Assembly: GCA_038087875.1 (NCBI GenBank)
Contig: JAXLNO010000197.1
Coordinates: forward strand, 1 to 61,597
Direction: 5' to 3'
Source of the DNA: Malacoraja senta
Lineage: Eukaryota
DNA length: 61,597 nucleotides
Shown here: in pieces, positions 1-11,787 of the stretch
Numbering within the stretch: position 1 is the first letter of the stretch
Layout of the letters: every line of letters begins with the position of its first letter
Program-made: the position numbers and the translations under genes
Notes under the pieces: generated by a model
Seen by the model: only the letters and a program-made list of their open reading frames with translations
What the model was told of the DNA's origin: nothing
Databases searched by the model: none

Positions 1-237
1 CAAGCTGACGGCAAAAACAATGCCTTCTGCTCTTTGGACAAAAGGGCTGGAATAACTTGGCAGGTCAGGCAGCATAGGTTCATAAGTTCATAAGTCATAG
101 GAGTATCATTTGGCCATTCGGCCCAACAAGTCTACTCCGCCGTTCAATCATGGCTGATTCATCTCTCGCTCCTAACCCCATTCTCCCATCCCTGGAGAAC
201 ATGGATATGGTAGGTGACGTTTCAAGGGCCTCGATCC

Positions 238-890
238 GAAACGTCACCCCTCCATGTTCTCCACAGATGCTGCCTGACCCGCTGAGTTACTCCAGCACTC
301 TGTGAAACGTCACCTATCCATGTTCTCCACAGATGCTGCCTGACCCGCTGAGTTACTCCAGCACTCGGTGAAACGTCACCTATCCATGTTCCCCACAGAT
401 GCTGCCTGACCCGCTGAGTTACTCCAGCACTCGGTGAAACGTCACCTATCCATGTTCCCCACAGATGCTGCCTGACCCGCTGAGTTACTCCAGCACTCTG
501 TGAAACGTCACCTATCCATGTTCACCAGGGATGCTGCCTGACCCGCTGAGTTACTCCAGCACTCTGTGAAACGTCACCTATCCATGTTCACCAGGGATGC
601 TGCCTGACCCGCTGAGTTTGCTCCAGCACTCTGTGAAACGTCACCTATCCATGTTCACCAGGGATGCTGCCTGACCCGCTGAGTTACTCCAGCACTCTGT
701 GAAACGTCACCTATCCATGTTCCGGCAGCATCTATGGAGCGAAGGAAATAGGCAATGTTTCGGCCCGAAACCCTTCCGGGTTTCGGCCCGAAACGTTGCC
801 TATTTCCTTCAGGGTTTCGGCCGGAAAGGTTGCCCATTTCCTTCGCTCCACAGATGCTGCCTGACCCGCTGAGTTACTCCAGCACTCTGT
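238..890 (+). repeat. 66-bp tandem array derived from PLE terminal repeat, with internal palindromic module
   Basis: Unit GAAACGTCACCTATCCATGTTCTCCACAGATGCTGCCTGACCCGCTGAGTTACTCCAGCACTCTGT starting at 238, 304, 370, 436, 502, 568, 635, 701; inverted-repeat module at about 722-850. Confidence 0.9.
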
Positions 891-1603
891 GCATCAACTG
901 GCAGCGGCAGTTCCTTGCTTCTACCATCTGCTTTTCTCCTGAATGGTTTCAACAATCATTGAATGGATGGAGCCTGCAGCGGGCTCGGCCACTACTGAAA
1001 CACGGCAGGGCAACAACCACAAGCGAGGAGTGATCTTCCCGCTGCCATTGTATCAGGAAGCTCAGCTGGATATTTCCGGCGCAGAGACAGAATCGAAAGC
1101 TGCTGAGCTGTAATTTTAGTTGCATCCTTGGTCGCCGCTCTGCTTCATTGAGTATTCTGGGTCTCTGCAGTATCTACTGGAAAAATCTGGCACCAAACCC
1201 TTCTGTCTGTGACCTCTGCTGAAGGTGGAATTGGCTCGTCGGCCAAGGCTAAAAATAGAGCCCCGTGTCGTTATTCACCTGTCTCCTGCGAAGACGATGA
1301 GGCTAAACTCCGGGAGTGCCAGAGGGAGGGCAGAGCAAACTGCTGCCCGCCTGTCCGTGGAGACTTCGTGGGTCAGGCTCTTGCCTCCGAGGCACACGGT
1401 TGTGGGTTCAAGTCCCACTCCAGACACGTGGACACAATGGATCGCGACTGGCATCACCCCCCCCCCCCCCCCCCCCACACACACACTGCAGCGGGGCAAC
1501 ATGTTGGAGGGTTTGTCTTTGGAGCAAGATGCGAACTAATTCCTTCATTCATTCATTAATGTGACATGTGACATATGACAAGTCACGGTGATGTTCCCAT
1601 TGT

Positions 1604-1977
1604 TAAGATTGTCAAGGGCTTGGACACGCTAGAGGCAGGAAACATGTTCCCGATGTTGGGGGAGTCCAGAACCAGGGGCCACACACACAGTTTAAGAATA
1701 AGGAGTAAACCATTTAGAACGGAGACGAGGAAACACTTTTTCTCACAGAGAGTGGTGAGTCTGTGGAATTCTCTGCCTCAGAGGGCGGTGGAGGCAGGTT
1801 CTCTGGATACTTTCAAGAGAGAGCTAGATAGGGCTCTTAAAGATAGCGGAGTCAGGGGATATGGGGAGAAGGCAGGAACGGGGTACTGATTGGGGATGAT
1901 CAGCCATGATCACATTGAATGGCGGTGCTGGCTCGAAGGGCCGAATGGCCTACTCCTGCACCTATTGTCTGTTGTCT
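1604..1977 (+). mobile_element. CR1/HER1-type LINE, 3' fragment
   Basis: ORF2 C-terminus ESRTRGH..SLRI..FFSQRVVSLWNSLP..FKRELD, followed by 3'UTR and (CTATTGT)n tail. Confidence 0.85.
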
Positions 1978-3260
1978 TTCTTTCACATACCCAAGGTATG
2001 CAAAGAGTCACCAGGTAAAGGGCGCCGACAGTGCTGCAAAAAATCCCACGCCAGCTCCTCCTTTGTTCTCCCCGCCCCACCCCTTCACAGCGGCCCCCCC
2101 ACTCCGGGCACTCCCGCGTCCTCCCCCCACCCCCCCCCTCACAGGACCAGGTGGGGAAGCGGTGGAAGTTATGGCCATCAGAGGAGAGCAGACGAGGTAC
2201 AGTGTCAGCCTTGATCCTAGTGACTGATGAAGTAGGCCTCCACCTGCTCTTAATTGCCCAGTAAAACGGCACAAAGTGCTGGAGTAACTCAGCAGGTCGG
2301 GCTGAACAAGGGTCCCGACCTGAAACATCAAGATCCAGGTTCCTCAGAGATGCTCAGCGGTTGAGGCAGCATCTTAGCAGAGAAGGAATGGGTCGAGACC
2401 CTTCCTTATTCATCCAGACTGAAGAAGGGTCTTGACCCGAAACGTCACCCAATCCTTCTCTCCTGACCCGCTGAGTTACTCCAGCATTTTGTGTCTACCT
2501 TCGATTTGATCCAACATCTGCAGTTCCTTTCTCACACGTTTTCTCCAGAGATGCCGCCTGCTCGCTGTGACTCCATCACTCTGTGCCCTTTTGTGTAAAA
2601 CCAGCGTCCGCTGGCCCCTTGTTTCTATCTCTGATTTGTACAATATTAGGAGTTAATAATTAAGATCAAAGTGAGTTGAGTGTGATGACAAATTCAAATA
2701 CAGATGTGTTTTTTTAAAAATGGATGAGAAACTTGGAAGAGATAAGCTAACAAATTAATTTAAGACACATTGAAACAAGCTCACGTCATTCAGTCCAGAA
2801 AACCCAGCACATTTGCTGCTTAATCTTAGTTCCTAGCCTTAATATATCTCTTGATATGGGGAGAGGTGAATGCATCAGACAGTCTCCACTGATGTGCGTA
2901 AAACTGGCACACTAAATAATGGATTCAACAAGAAGTGGTTTCTAAAATAATCCTTAAAGGTTTTGTACGTGGCATGTGTGATCGCTTTGTGCCACGCAAT
3001 GGCTATTTTTCTCGATGGATCCCATTCCTTCTCTTGAGAATGAGTCAGAGTGGGTTTTTTTCAATTAAAGTTTTTAGAGATACATGGAAACAAGGCCCTT
3101 CGGCCCACCAAGTCCATCCCAACCATCGATCATCCATTAGTATTAGTTCCACGTTATTCCGCTTTCTCATCCACTCCCGTAATTTTGGGGGCAACTTTTT
3201 TATAAGAGGCCAATTGGTCACTGAAGCCAGCAGTTCATAGGGTGTAAGGCCAGTAGCTTG

Positions 3261-3955
3261 GGGCAGCACGGGGGCGCAGCGGTAGAGTTGCTGCCTTGCA
3301 GTGCTTTACAGCAGACCCGGAGACCCGGGTTCGAACCCGACTTCGGGTGCCGTCTGTGCGGAGTTTGTACCTTCTCCCCGTGACCTGCGTGGGTTTTCTC
3401 CGAGATCTTCGGTTTCCTCCCACACTACAAAGACGTACAGGTTTGTACGTCCCTCTTAAATACAGCCAATGAACTGGCCTCAACTACTTTCTGTGGCAGA
3501 GAATTCCACAGATTCACCACTCTCTGCGTGAAAAAAAAAAAATTCCGAGATGAGAATTTTTTTTTCCACACAGAGAGTGGTGAATCTGTGGAACTCTCTG
3601 CCACAGAAAGTAGTTGAGGCCAGTTCATTGGCTATATTTAAGAGGGAGTTAGATGAGGCCCTTGTGGCTAAAGGGATCAGAGGGTATGGAGAGAAGGCAG
3701 GTACGGGATACTGAGTTGGATGATCAGCCATGATCATATTGAATGGCGGTGCTGGCTCGAAGGGCCGAATGGCCTACTCCTGCACCTATTTTCTATGTTT
3801 CTATGTAGGTTAATTGGCTTGGTAGAAATGTAAATTGTCCCTCATGTGTGTAGGATGGTGTTAGTGTGCGGGGGGGGATCGCTGGTCGGTACGGACTCGG
3901 TGGGCCGATGGGCCTGTTTCCGTGCTGTATCTCTAAACTAAACCAAACTAAACTA
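3261..3955 (+). mobile_element. tRNA-derived V-SINE (HE1-like) interrupted by a CR1 fragment (about 3448-3806)
   Basis: A-box/B-box head (GGCGCAGCGGTAGAG, GGTTCGAACC), V-domain GAGTTTGTAC..TCTCCCCGTGACCTGCGTGGG, tail GGGCCTGTTTCCGTGCTGTATCTC(TAAAC)n. Confidence 0.85.
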
Positions 3956-4647
3956 GTTCACTGGATGTAAAAGCCAGTAGTCTGAAGGTCACAGGAACAC
4001 CTTAAATAAAACATAGAAAACTTTGGAAAGGAGCACCAGGAACCACACTGACATTGAAAAGACAAAATATAGATACAGCATCAATTAATAACTTGCGTGT
4101 ACCAGACAATTTTTTCATAATTCTCGTCAAAAATAGCCTGGCATCCTGTGCCATCCACAGCGAGAAGCCATTACCACACAAAGGCGCAACAAAGTCAAAG
4201 CAGCCAGCTGCCAGGATAGAACGAACACTTGAATTCTGAAGAGCACCGACTGACAAGTTGAAATCCAGGTGTAGGCTTCACTGTGGCAAACAGCGCAGAA
4301 TCAACACTCGCAGTTTACCGTTCTCCCCCCAACACAAAATGGAAGGCAGCACCCAGGGTAGGTTTTGAATAGTGGATTATCGACAAGTTCTGTCACCGAT
4401 CTCAGTACTATAATTTAGCGATGTGGATAGTGGGTTTGGTCCAGATTTGAGTCTATCTACCATATCTCCACAGGTTGAGTATCGTTCTCCCATTTTGGGG
4501 AGAAGACAGGAGAATTGGGTTGAGAGGGAAAGATAGATCAGCCAAGATTGAATGGTGGAGTGGACTCAATGGGCCGAATGGTCTAATTCTGTTCCTATCA
4601 ACTTAAGAAACTAATGAACTGCCATGACATACATTTGGGGCAAGCCA

Positions 4648-5215
4648 ACCACACCTGGAGTATTGCGTACAGTTTTGGTCTCCATATCTGAGGAAGGACA
4701 TTATAGCCATAGAGGGAGTGCAGCGAAGGTTCACCAGACTGATTCCTGGGATGTCAGGACTTTCATATGAAGAAAGACTGGATAGACTTGGCTTGTACTC
4801 GCTAGAATTTAGGAGATTGAGAGGGGATCTTATAGAAAAGTACAACATTCTTATGGGGTTGGACAGGCTAGATGCAAGAAGATTGTTCCCGATGTTGGGG
4901 AAGTCCAGAACAAGGGGTCACAGCTTAAGGATATGGGGGAAATCCTTTAAGACCGAGATGAGAAAAAACTTTTTCACACAGAGAGTGGTGAAGCTCTGGA
5001 ACTCTCTGCCACAGAGGGTAGTTGATGCCAGTTCATTGGCTATATTTAAGAGGGAGTTAGATGTGGCCCTTGTGGCTAAAGGGATCAGGGGGTATGGGAG
5101 AGAAGGCAGGTACAGGATACTGAGTTGGATGATCAGCCATGATCATATTGAATGGCGGTGCAGGCTCGAAGGGCCGAATGGCCTACTCCTGCACCTATTT
5201 TCTATGTATCTATGT
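4648..5215 (+). mobile_element. CR1/HER1-type LINE, 3' fragment
   Basis: ORF 4718-5224 QRRFTRLIPGMSGLSYEERLDRLGLYSLEFRRLRGDLIE; CR1 3'UTR and CTATGT tail. Confidence 0.9.
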
Positions 5216-5226
5216 AACCCCTAAAC

Positions 5227-5522
5227 CAGGGATGGGGAACCTTTTCATGTTTGAAGGGCGCATTAAGTTAGCTGTAACCTAATAAGGCCGCATCCAAGAA
5301 ACTTCAATTAGATATAGGATTATTTCGTTGAATCTTCTTTTACTCTTTGGTATTTTAAATACGTTCATTTTAAGATTAAAATAAAAATAATAAAAGACGA
5401 ACAAAAACATATTAATAAAAATAAAAGGATTTGTTCTACAAAATTTGGATTCATTCAAAATGCCGCACTTAATGGCCTAGAAGGCTGCATGTGGCCTTAA
5501 GGCCGCAGGTTCCCCACCCCTG
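5227..5522. mobile_element. Non-autonomous hAT DNA transposon
   Basis: TIR CAGGGATGGGGAACCT / AGGTTCCCCACCCCTG; 8-bp TSD CCCTAAAC/CCCTAAAT; second copy, inverted, at 48557-49155. Confidence 0.85.
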
Positions 5523-6099
5523 CCCTAAATAAATTTGCACGGGTCGAGAGAAGCATTTACTCTGAAAATCAATCCTTCCTCCTCTGCCCAGCAGCCCCTT
5601 TGGTGAGATAGGTGAAGTTATTCCCACAAAGAACACTTGCTCATCTTAATTCCAGCAAGCAAGCCAGACTATCTCTGGCTGATCCTTCCTGGCTGTGGGT
5701 CAGATGCGTAGAGCACATTCCACTGCCAACGGCACTTCATCAACACCAAGCAGACTCAACACAAAATTACCCACAGCACATTTGTAACCAACACATTTTT
5801 CACATTGTGTAGGAAGGAACTGCAGATGGCTGGTTTACACCGAAGATCGACACAAGATGCTGGAGCAACTCAGCGGGACAGGCAGCATCTCTGGGGAAAA
5901 GGAATGGGTGAAGTTTCGGGTCAAGACCCTTCATCAGACTCATAGTCAGGGGAGAGGGCGACACAGAGATAAGGAAGGGTAAGGTGTGAAAAGAAGATAT
6001 CAAAGGAGAAGTAGTTGAAGGAAAGTTTTACACATTAGCAACGATGGTAACTTTTGCCTGCATAGGGCGAATATTTGATATCTTAGCTAAAACAGCATT

Positions 6100-6206
6100 C
6101 CTACAGTGCGGCACCCCCTCAGTACTGACCCTCTGACAGTGGCACCCCCTCAGTACTGACCCTCTGACAGTGCGGCACCCCCTCAGTACTGCCCCTCTAT
6201 TTTGAT
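6100..6206. repeat. Short ~32-bp tandem repeat, probably from a Deu-domain SINE
   Basis: Three units of CAGTGCGGCACCCCCTCAGTACTGACCCTCTGA; related sequence at 8675-8743. Confidence 0.6.
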
Positions 6207-6283
6207 TCCAGCCTCAAAGCAAGTTACAAAAACTGAGACACATGGGTCTTTGCAACATTTAGGATGAATCCCCCACTCAATAG

Positions 6284-6315
6284 CAAAGATACTGGAGGAG
6301 CCTCTAGTATCTTTG
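6284..6315. mobile_element. 32-bp palindromic DNA-transposon remnant (candidate P-type excision footprint)
   Basis: CAAAGATACTGGAGG-AG-CCTCTAGTATCTTTG (15-bp arms, 14/15 complementary) between identical 8-mers CTCAATAG (6276-6283, 6316-6323). Confidence 0.75.
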
Positions 6316-7119
6316 CTCAATAGGACCCATAGAACGGAAATGATGTCAGAGAGGCAGGTTGTTCATGTAGATCAAACAGTATTGCTGATTTGATCCGTGT
6401 CTGGTTTTACTGCCGATGACCTGATCCATAATCCATGTCAGGTTTCCACACCACCACCATGCGGGCAGCCATGTTGGTTAGGCAGTTCAACTTGCGATTT
6501 CGAGCGTACAGTGCTCATTTCGATGGTCTCTGTATGTATTCTAATTAAAGTTGTTATGACACGTAATTACTCTGTATCAATAGTACTTTGCACAGTTCAG
6601 TCCAACACATCCAGGCCAATGCTTCCCTTCTGCACAAACATCCCAGCCCTCCTCAATACACCCCACGATACAATGCGATACGATGGAACTTTATTTATCC
6701 CAGGAGGGAAATTGATCAATTGTACATCTTTATCCACTAGCTCTTCAAAATCATCAAAGCTGAACTTCGCAGTCCTTCCTGTCAGCTGCAAGCTTCATAT
6801 TATCAGCAATCTTTCAATAAATACATTTCTAGTCAATTTACCACTGGATTCACCAACCCAGTGGTTGCGCTTCCACACGTGGAAATATCTTCTCTACATC
6901 CCCACTGGCAAAGCTTGCGTAGCATTTTCATGTTCTCATCCTCGTTTCTTCTCCACCTATTCCCCTCACCCCTCCTCGTCAAATCAGGCACAGTTTGACC
7001 GCTCCACGTCCACTCTCTCTGTGCAGCTGAACTAAGGACGAACCACAAGCTGGCCAGCCTAGTGGTGGCACCAGCCAACCAACCCGGTAACAACATGACG
7101 GAAGCACGGGCACGACTTA

Positions 7120-7362
<243 letters not shown>

Positions 7363-7400
7363 TCAGAGGAAGATGCTTCAGTGACTAGAAGTTCTTTGGG

Positions 7401-7640
7401 AGACAAAAAGTGCTGGAGAAACTCGGCGGGTGCAGCAGCATCTATGGAGCGAAGGAAATAGGCAACGTTTCGGGTCGAATCCCAAAGGAAATAGGTAACG
7501 TTTTGGGTCGAAACCCGAAGGGTTTCGGCCCGAAACGTTGCCTATTTCCTTCGCTCCATAGATGCTGCCTCACCCGCTGAGTTTCTCCAGCACTTTTTGT
7601 CTACCTTTGATTTTCCAGCATCTGCAGTTCCTTCTTAAAC
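7401..7640. mobile_element. Fold-back (head-to-head) PLE terminal-repeat element
   Basis: Inverted arms of the pLTR-like sequence ending CAGTTCCTTCTTAAAC; imperfect 14-bp flanking duplication ACTAGAAGTTCTTT/ACTGTAAGTTCTTT. Confidence 0.75.
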
Positions 7641-7778
7641 ACTGTAAGTTCTTTCACGGTTCAAGTCTCAGTCAGGGGTTTGGGCACCAAGTTCTAGGTT
7701 GACTATGCAGTGACTATCTACTGTCACAGTGGCAGTACTGAGGGATGCTGTGTTTCAGCTAAGATATCAAATATTCAA

Positions 7779-8250
7779 CCATGGCTGATCTATCTTTCCC
7801 TCCCAACCCCATTCTCCCGCCTTCTCCCCCTAACCCCTGACTAATCAAGAATCTATCTATCTCTGCCTTAAAAATATCCAATGATGGCCTCCGCAGCCGT
7901 CTGTAGCGATGAATTCCACAGATTCACCAGCCTCTGACAAACAGAAATCCTCCTTGTCTCCTTTCTGAAGATACGTCCATTTATTCTGAACCTGTAACCT
8001 CTGGTCCTAGACTCTCCCACTAGTGGAAACTTCCTCTCCACATCAACTCTATGCACTATTTGGTAAGTTTTAATGAGGTACCCCTTCATCCTTCTAAACT
8101 CCAGCGAGTGGAGGCCCAGTGCGGTCAAATGCTCATCGTATGTTAACCTACTCACTCCTGGGATCATTCTTGTAAATCTCCTCTGGACCCTCTCCAATGC
8201 CAGCACGTCCTTCCTTCGATTATGGGCCCTAAAATTGCTCACAATACTCA
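7779..8250 (-). mobile_element. CR1 LINE 3' fragment (older subfamily)
   Basis: ORF 7868-8251 RKDVLALERVQRRFTRMIPG... Confidence 0.85.
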
Positions 8251-8310
8251 AAGCTGCTCAATGGTGGGCTATAGATGCTGGCCTTGCCCACAACAGCCAA
8301 ATCCCAACCC

Positions 8311-8550
8311 TTCACACAGAGAGTGGTGAATCTGTGGAATTCTCTGCCACAGAAAGTAGTTGAGGCCAGTTCATTGGCTATATTTAAGAGGGAGTTAGAT
8401 GTGGCCCTTGTGGCTAAAGGGATCAGGGGGTATGGAGAGAAGGCAGGTACAGGATACTGAGTTGGATGATCAGCCATGATCATATTGAATGGCGGTGCAG
8501 GCTCGAAGGGCCAAATGGCCTACTCCTGCACTTATTTTCTATGTTTCTAT
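8311..8550 (+). mobile_element. CR1 LINE 3' fragment
   Basis: FTQRVVNLWNSLPQKVVEASSLAIFKRELD plus 3'UTR and tail. Confidence 0.85.
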
Positions 8551-8737
8551 AAATAAAGGAAGTTTTATCCATCAACAAATGATCTGTCCAATGGACCTCT
8601 ATCCAGCAATTCATGCCTAAGCATTTCTCAATGCCAGCTTAGCACGGCATTAGTTGGTCTACGGTGTCCTTGACTGCGGCACTCCCTCAATACTGCCCCC
8701 CCCAAAAGTGCAGGAGTCCCTCGGTACTGCCCCTCTA

Positions 8738-9013
<276 letters not shown>

Positions 9014-9607
9014 TCAACCAATTTTATAAACACAGATACGCCGATTTAGTTCCGTTTAGCTTAGAGATACAGCTCGTGACAGGCCATTCGGCCCTCCGAG
9101 TCTGCCATTCACTGTGATCATGGCTGATCATCCCCAATCAGCAGGGTGACCAGGGTGGGACAAATCAGGGCAGTCAGGATAAATATACGCTCCTCCAACA
9201 CAGAGTTTTCTTCTAGTTTCCTCCTCGTCCCCTCCCCCCCCTCCCCCCCCCCCACCTATAATCAGCCTTCCGAGAGCTCCCGGCCCACAACATCACCTAT
9301 TCCATGCTCTCCAGGGCACAAAATCAGTCTCCAGTCTCAATCAAACTCCAGTAACTCAGCGGCACAGGCAGCATCTCTGGAGAGAAGGAATGAGTGACAG
9401 TTCATTGAGTGGTTGAGGCCAGTTCATTGGCTATATTTAAGAGGGTTAGATGTGGCCCTTGTGGCTAAAGGGATCAGGGGGTATGGAGAGAAGGCAGGTA
9501 CGGGATACTGAGTTGGATGATCAGCCATGATCATATTGAATGGCGGTGCAGGATCGAAGGGCCGAATGGCCTACTCCTGCACCTATTTTCTATGTTTCTA
9601 TGTTTCT

Positions 9608-9835
9608 ATCTCTGGAGAGAAGGAATGGGTGACGTTTCAGGTCAAGACCCTTCGACATGGGTGAAGCATCTCTGGAGAGAAGGAATGGGTGACGTTTCAG
9701 GTCAAGACCCTTCGACATGGGTGAAGCATCTCTGGAGAGAAGGAATGGGTGACGTTTCAGGTCAAGACCCTTCTACATGGGTGAAGCATCTCAGGAGAGA
9801 AGGAATGGGTGACGTTTCAGCTCAAGACCCTTCTA
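9608..9835 (-). repeat. 60-bp tandem array (about 3.8 units) derived from PLE terminal repeat
   Basis: Unit ATCTCTGGAGAGAAGGAATGGGTGACGTTTCAGGTCAAGACCCTTCGACATGGGTGAAGC at 9608, 9668, 9728, 9788. Confidence 0.9.
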
Positions 9836-10289
9836 CCGTCTGAAGAAGGGACTCGACCCGAAACATCACCCACAGATGCTGCCTGACCCGCTGAGTTACT
9901 CCAACACTTTGTGTCTATCTTCGATTTGAACCAGCATCTGCAGTTCTTTCCTACACACGCTCTCCAGAGAAGCTGCCTGACCTGCTGAGTTACACCAGCA
10001 CTTTGTGTCTGAGTTCAACATTTGCAGTTTGACAGATGAAGAGAAGGGAGGGGGGCCAGGAATGACAATGCTGAACATCGGCAATAATCTCATGTCTTCA
10101 TGCATAAGCCACAGCTCGGGTCCGGAAGGTGTCCAGTGGAGCAGCAAAACTGATTGGAACGGGACCACACAGCTGTCCTCATTTGATGCACTGACTGCAT
10201 TTCAATCAGAGGCCAATACTTCCCAACTGTGGACAAATATCAGGAATTCCCACTCCAGAGCACACACAAGACTTCCATCGCCATAACCT

Positions 10290-10590
10290 TTAGTTTAGTT
10301 TAGATATACAGTGTGGAAACAGGCCCTTCGGCCCGCACCGACCGACTATCCCCCCACACTATCGCTATCCTACACTAGGGACAATGTTTACATATATGCC
10401 AAGGCCAATTAACCTACAAACCTGTACGTCTTTGGAGTGTGGGAGGAAACCGGAGCACCCGGAGAAAACCCACGCAGGTCACGGGGAGAAGGTACAAACT
10501 CCGTACAGACAGCACCCGTGGTCAGGATCGAACCAGGGTCTCTGGCGCTGTGAGGCAGCAACTCTACCGCTGCGCCACCGTGCGGCCCTG
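10290..10590 (-). mobile_element. HE1-like V-SINE, near full length
   Basis: Reverse complement of tRNA head, V domain and (TAAAC)n tail. Confidence 0.85.
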
Positions 10591-11574
10591 GTTCAGCTAG
10601 ATGAAAGAACACAAAGTGGGGGGCAGAGAGACACAAGGGGGTGCAGATGCTGGAAGCTTAAGCAGTACACAAAGTATTGGCAGAATTGTACGGGTCAGGC
10701 AGCATCTGTGGAGGGAATGGTCAATGACACTTTGGGTCGGGACCCTTCGTCTGACTGCCTTAAGAAGGCGTATGTGTAGGAAGGAACTGCAGGTGCTGGT
10801 TTAAACCAAAGATAAACACAAAATGCTGGAGTAACTCAGCGGGACAGGCAGCATCTCTGGGGAGAAGGAATGGGTGACGTTTCGGGTCTGAAGAAGGGTC
10901 TCGACCCGGAATGTCACCCATTCCTTCTCTACAGAGATGCCGCCTGTCCCGCTGAGTTACTCCAGCTTTTTGTGTCTACCTAGGGGAATCAAGGACAGAG
11001 GTTTAAGGTGAGGGGGGGGAAGATTTAATAAGAATCTGAGGGGTAACTTTTTCACACAAAGGGTGGGTGGGTGTATGGAACGAGCTGCCAGAGGAGGTAG
11101 TTGAGGCTGGGACTTTTCCCAACATTTGAGAAACGTTTAAACAGGTACATGGATGGGGCAGGTTTAGAGGGATATGGGCCAAACGCAGGTAGGTGGGACT
11201 AGTGTAGATGGGACATGTTGGCCGGTGTGGGCCGAAGGGCCTGTTTCCGTGCTGTATCACTCTCTGACTTAACTCATTCAAGAAAAGAGATTGGAATGAC
11301 CGGGTGCTGGGCGATTAGATACTCTCGATACATTGAGTTCAGGCCTCTGTCTGGTGTCTGAAAAAACACTGTCTCTCACAGAAACTTGCCCTTTTCAGGC
11401 CAGTGAGCTGTTTATTGCTGAGGATTAATGGGGCAGCTTTCTGCAGCAGCCCCCGCTGGGAGCTTGGCTGGGGCCGCCCACTCGCATTTCACTCAGATCT
11501 TTGACAGCATCCGAGGCGACCTCCATCCCATCTGTCTGCATGCTCCTGGCTTCTCCATTCAGTGTAAGGAATGG

Positions 11575-11747
11575 TGAAGGAGGGAGAGAGAGGGGGGGGG
11601 AAGAGAGAGGAGGGAAGAGAGAGAGAGAAAGGGAATTAGGCTGGGGGGTGGGGAGGGGGATGAGAGGAGAGACCAAGATGGAGATGGGAGAGGGGGCAGT
11701 AAAGTGGCGGGGAAAAGAGAAAGGTGAGAGAGAGGGAGAGAGGGAGA

Positions 11748-11787
<40 letters not shown>

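Noticed and set aside
238..890. CRISPR-like array
   Set aside because: Units are contiguous and near-identical with no unique spacers or cas genes, and the context is a vertebrate intron.
4927..4934. ATATCCTT U12 donor on the minus strand
   Set aside because: Lies inside a CR1 fragment downstream of exon 3 with no adjoining exon.
6397..7035. 212-aa plus-strand ORF
   Set aside because: GTG start, spans a LINE tail remnant at about 6665-6716, and has no recognisable domain.
10888..10916. Hammerhead with 4-bp helix I (GGGT/ACCC)
   Set aside because: Core GAAAC is mutated to GGAAT, so it is predicted inactive.
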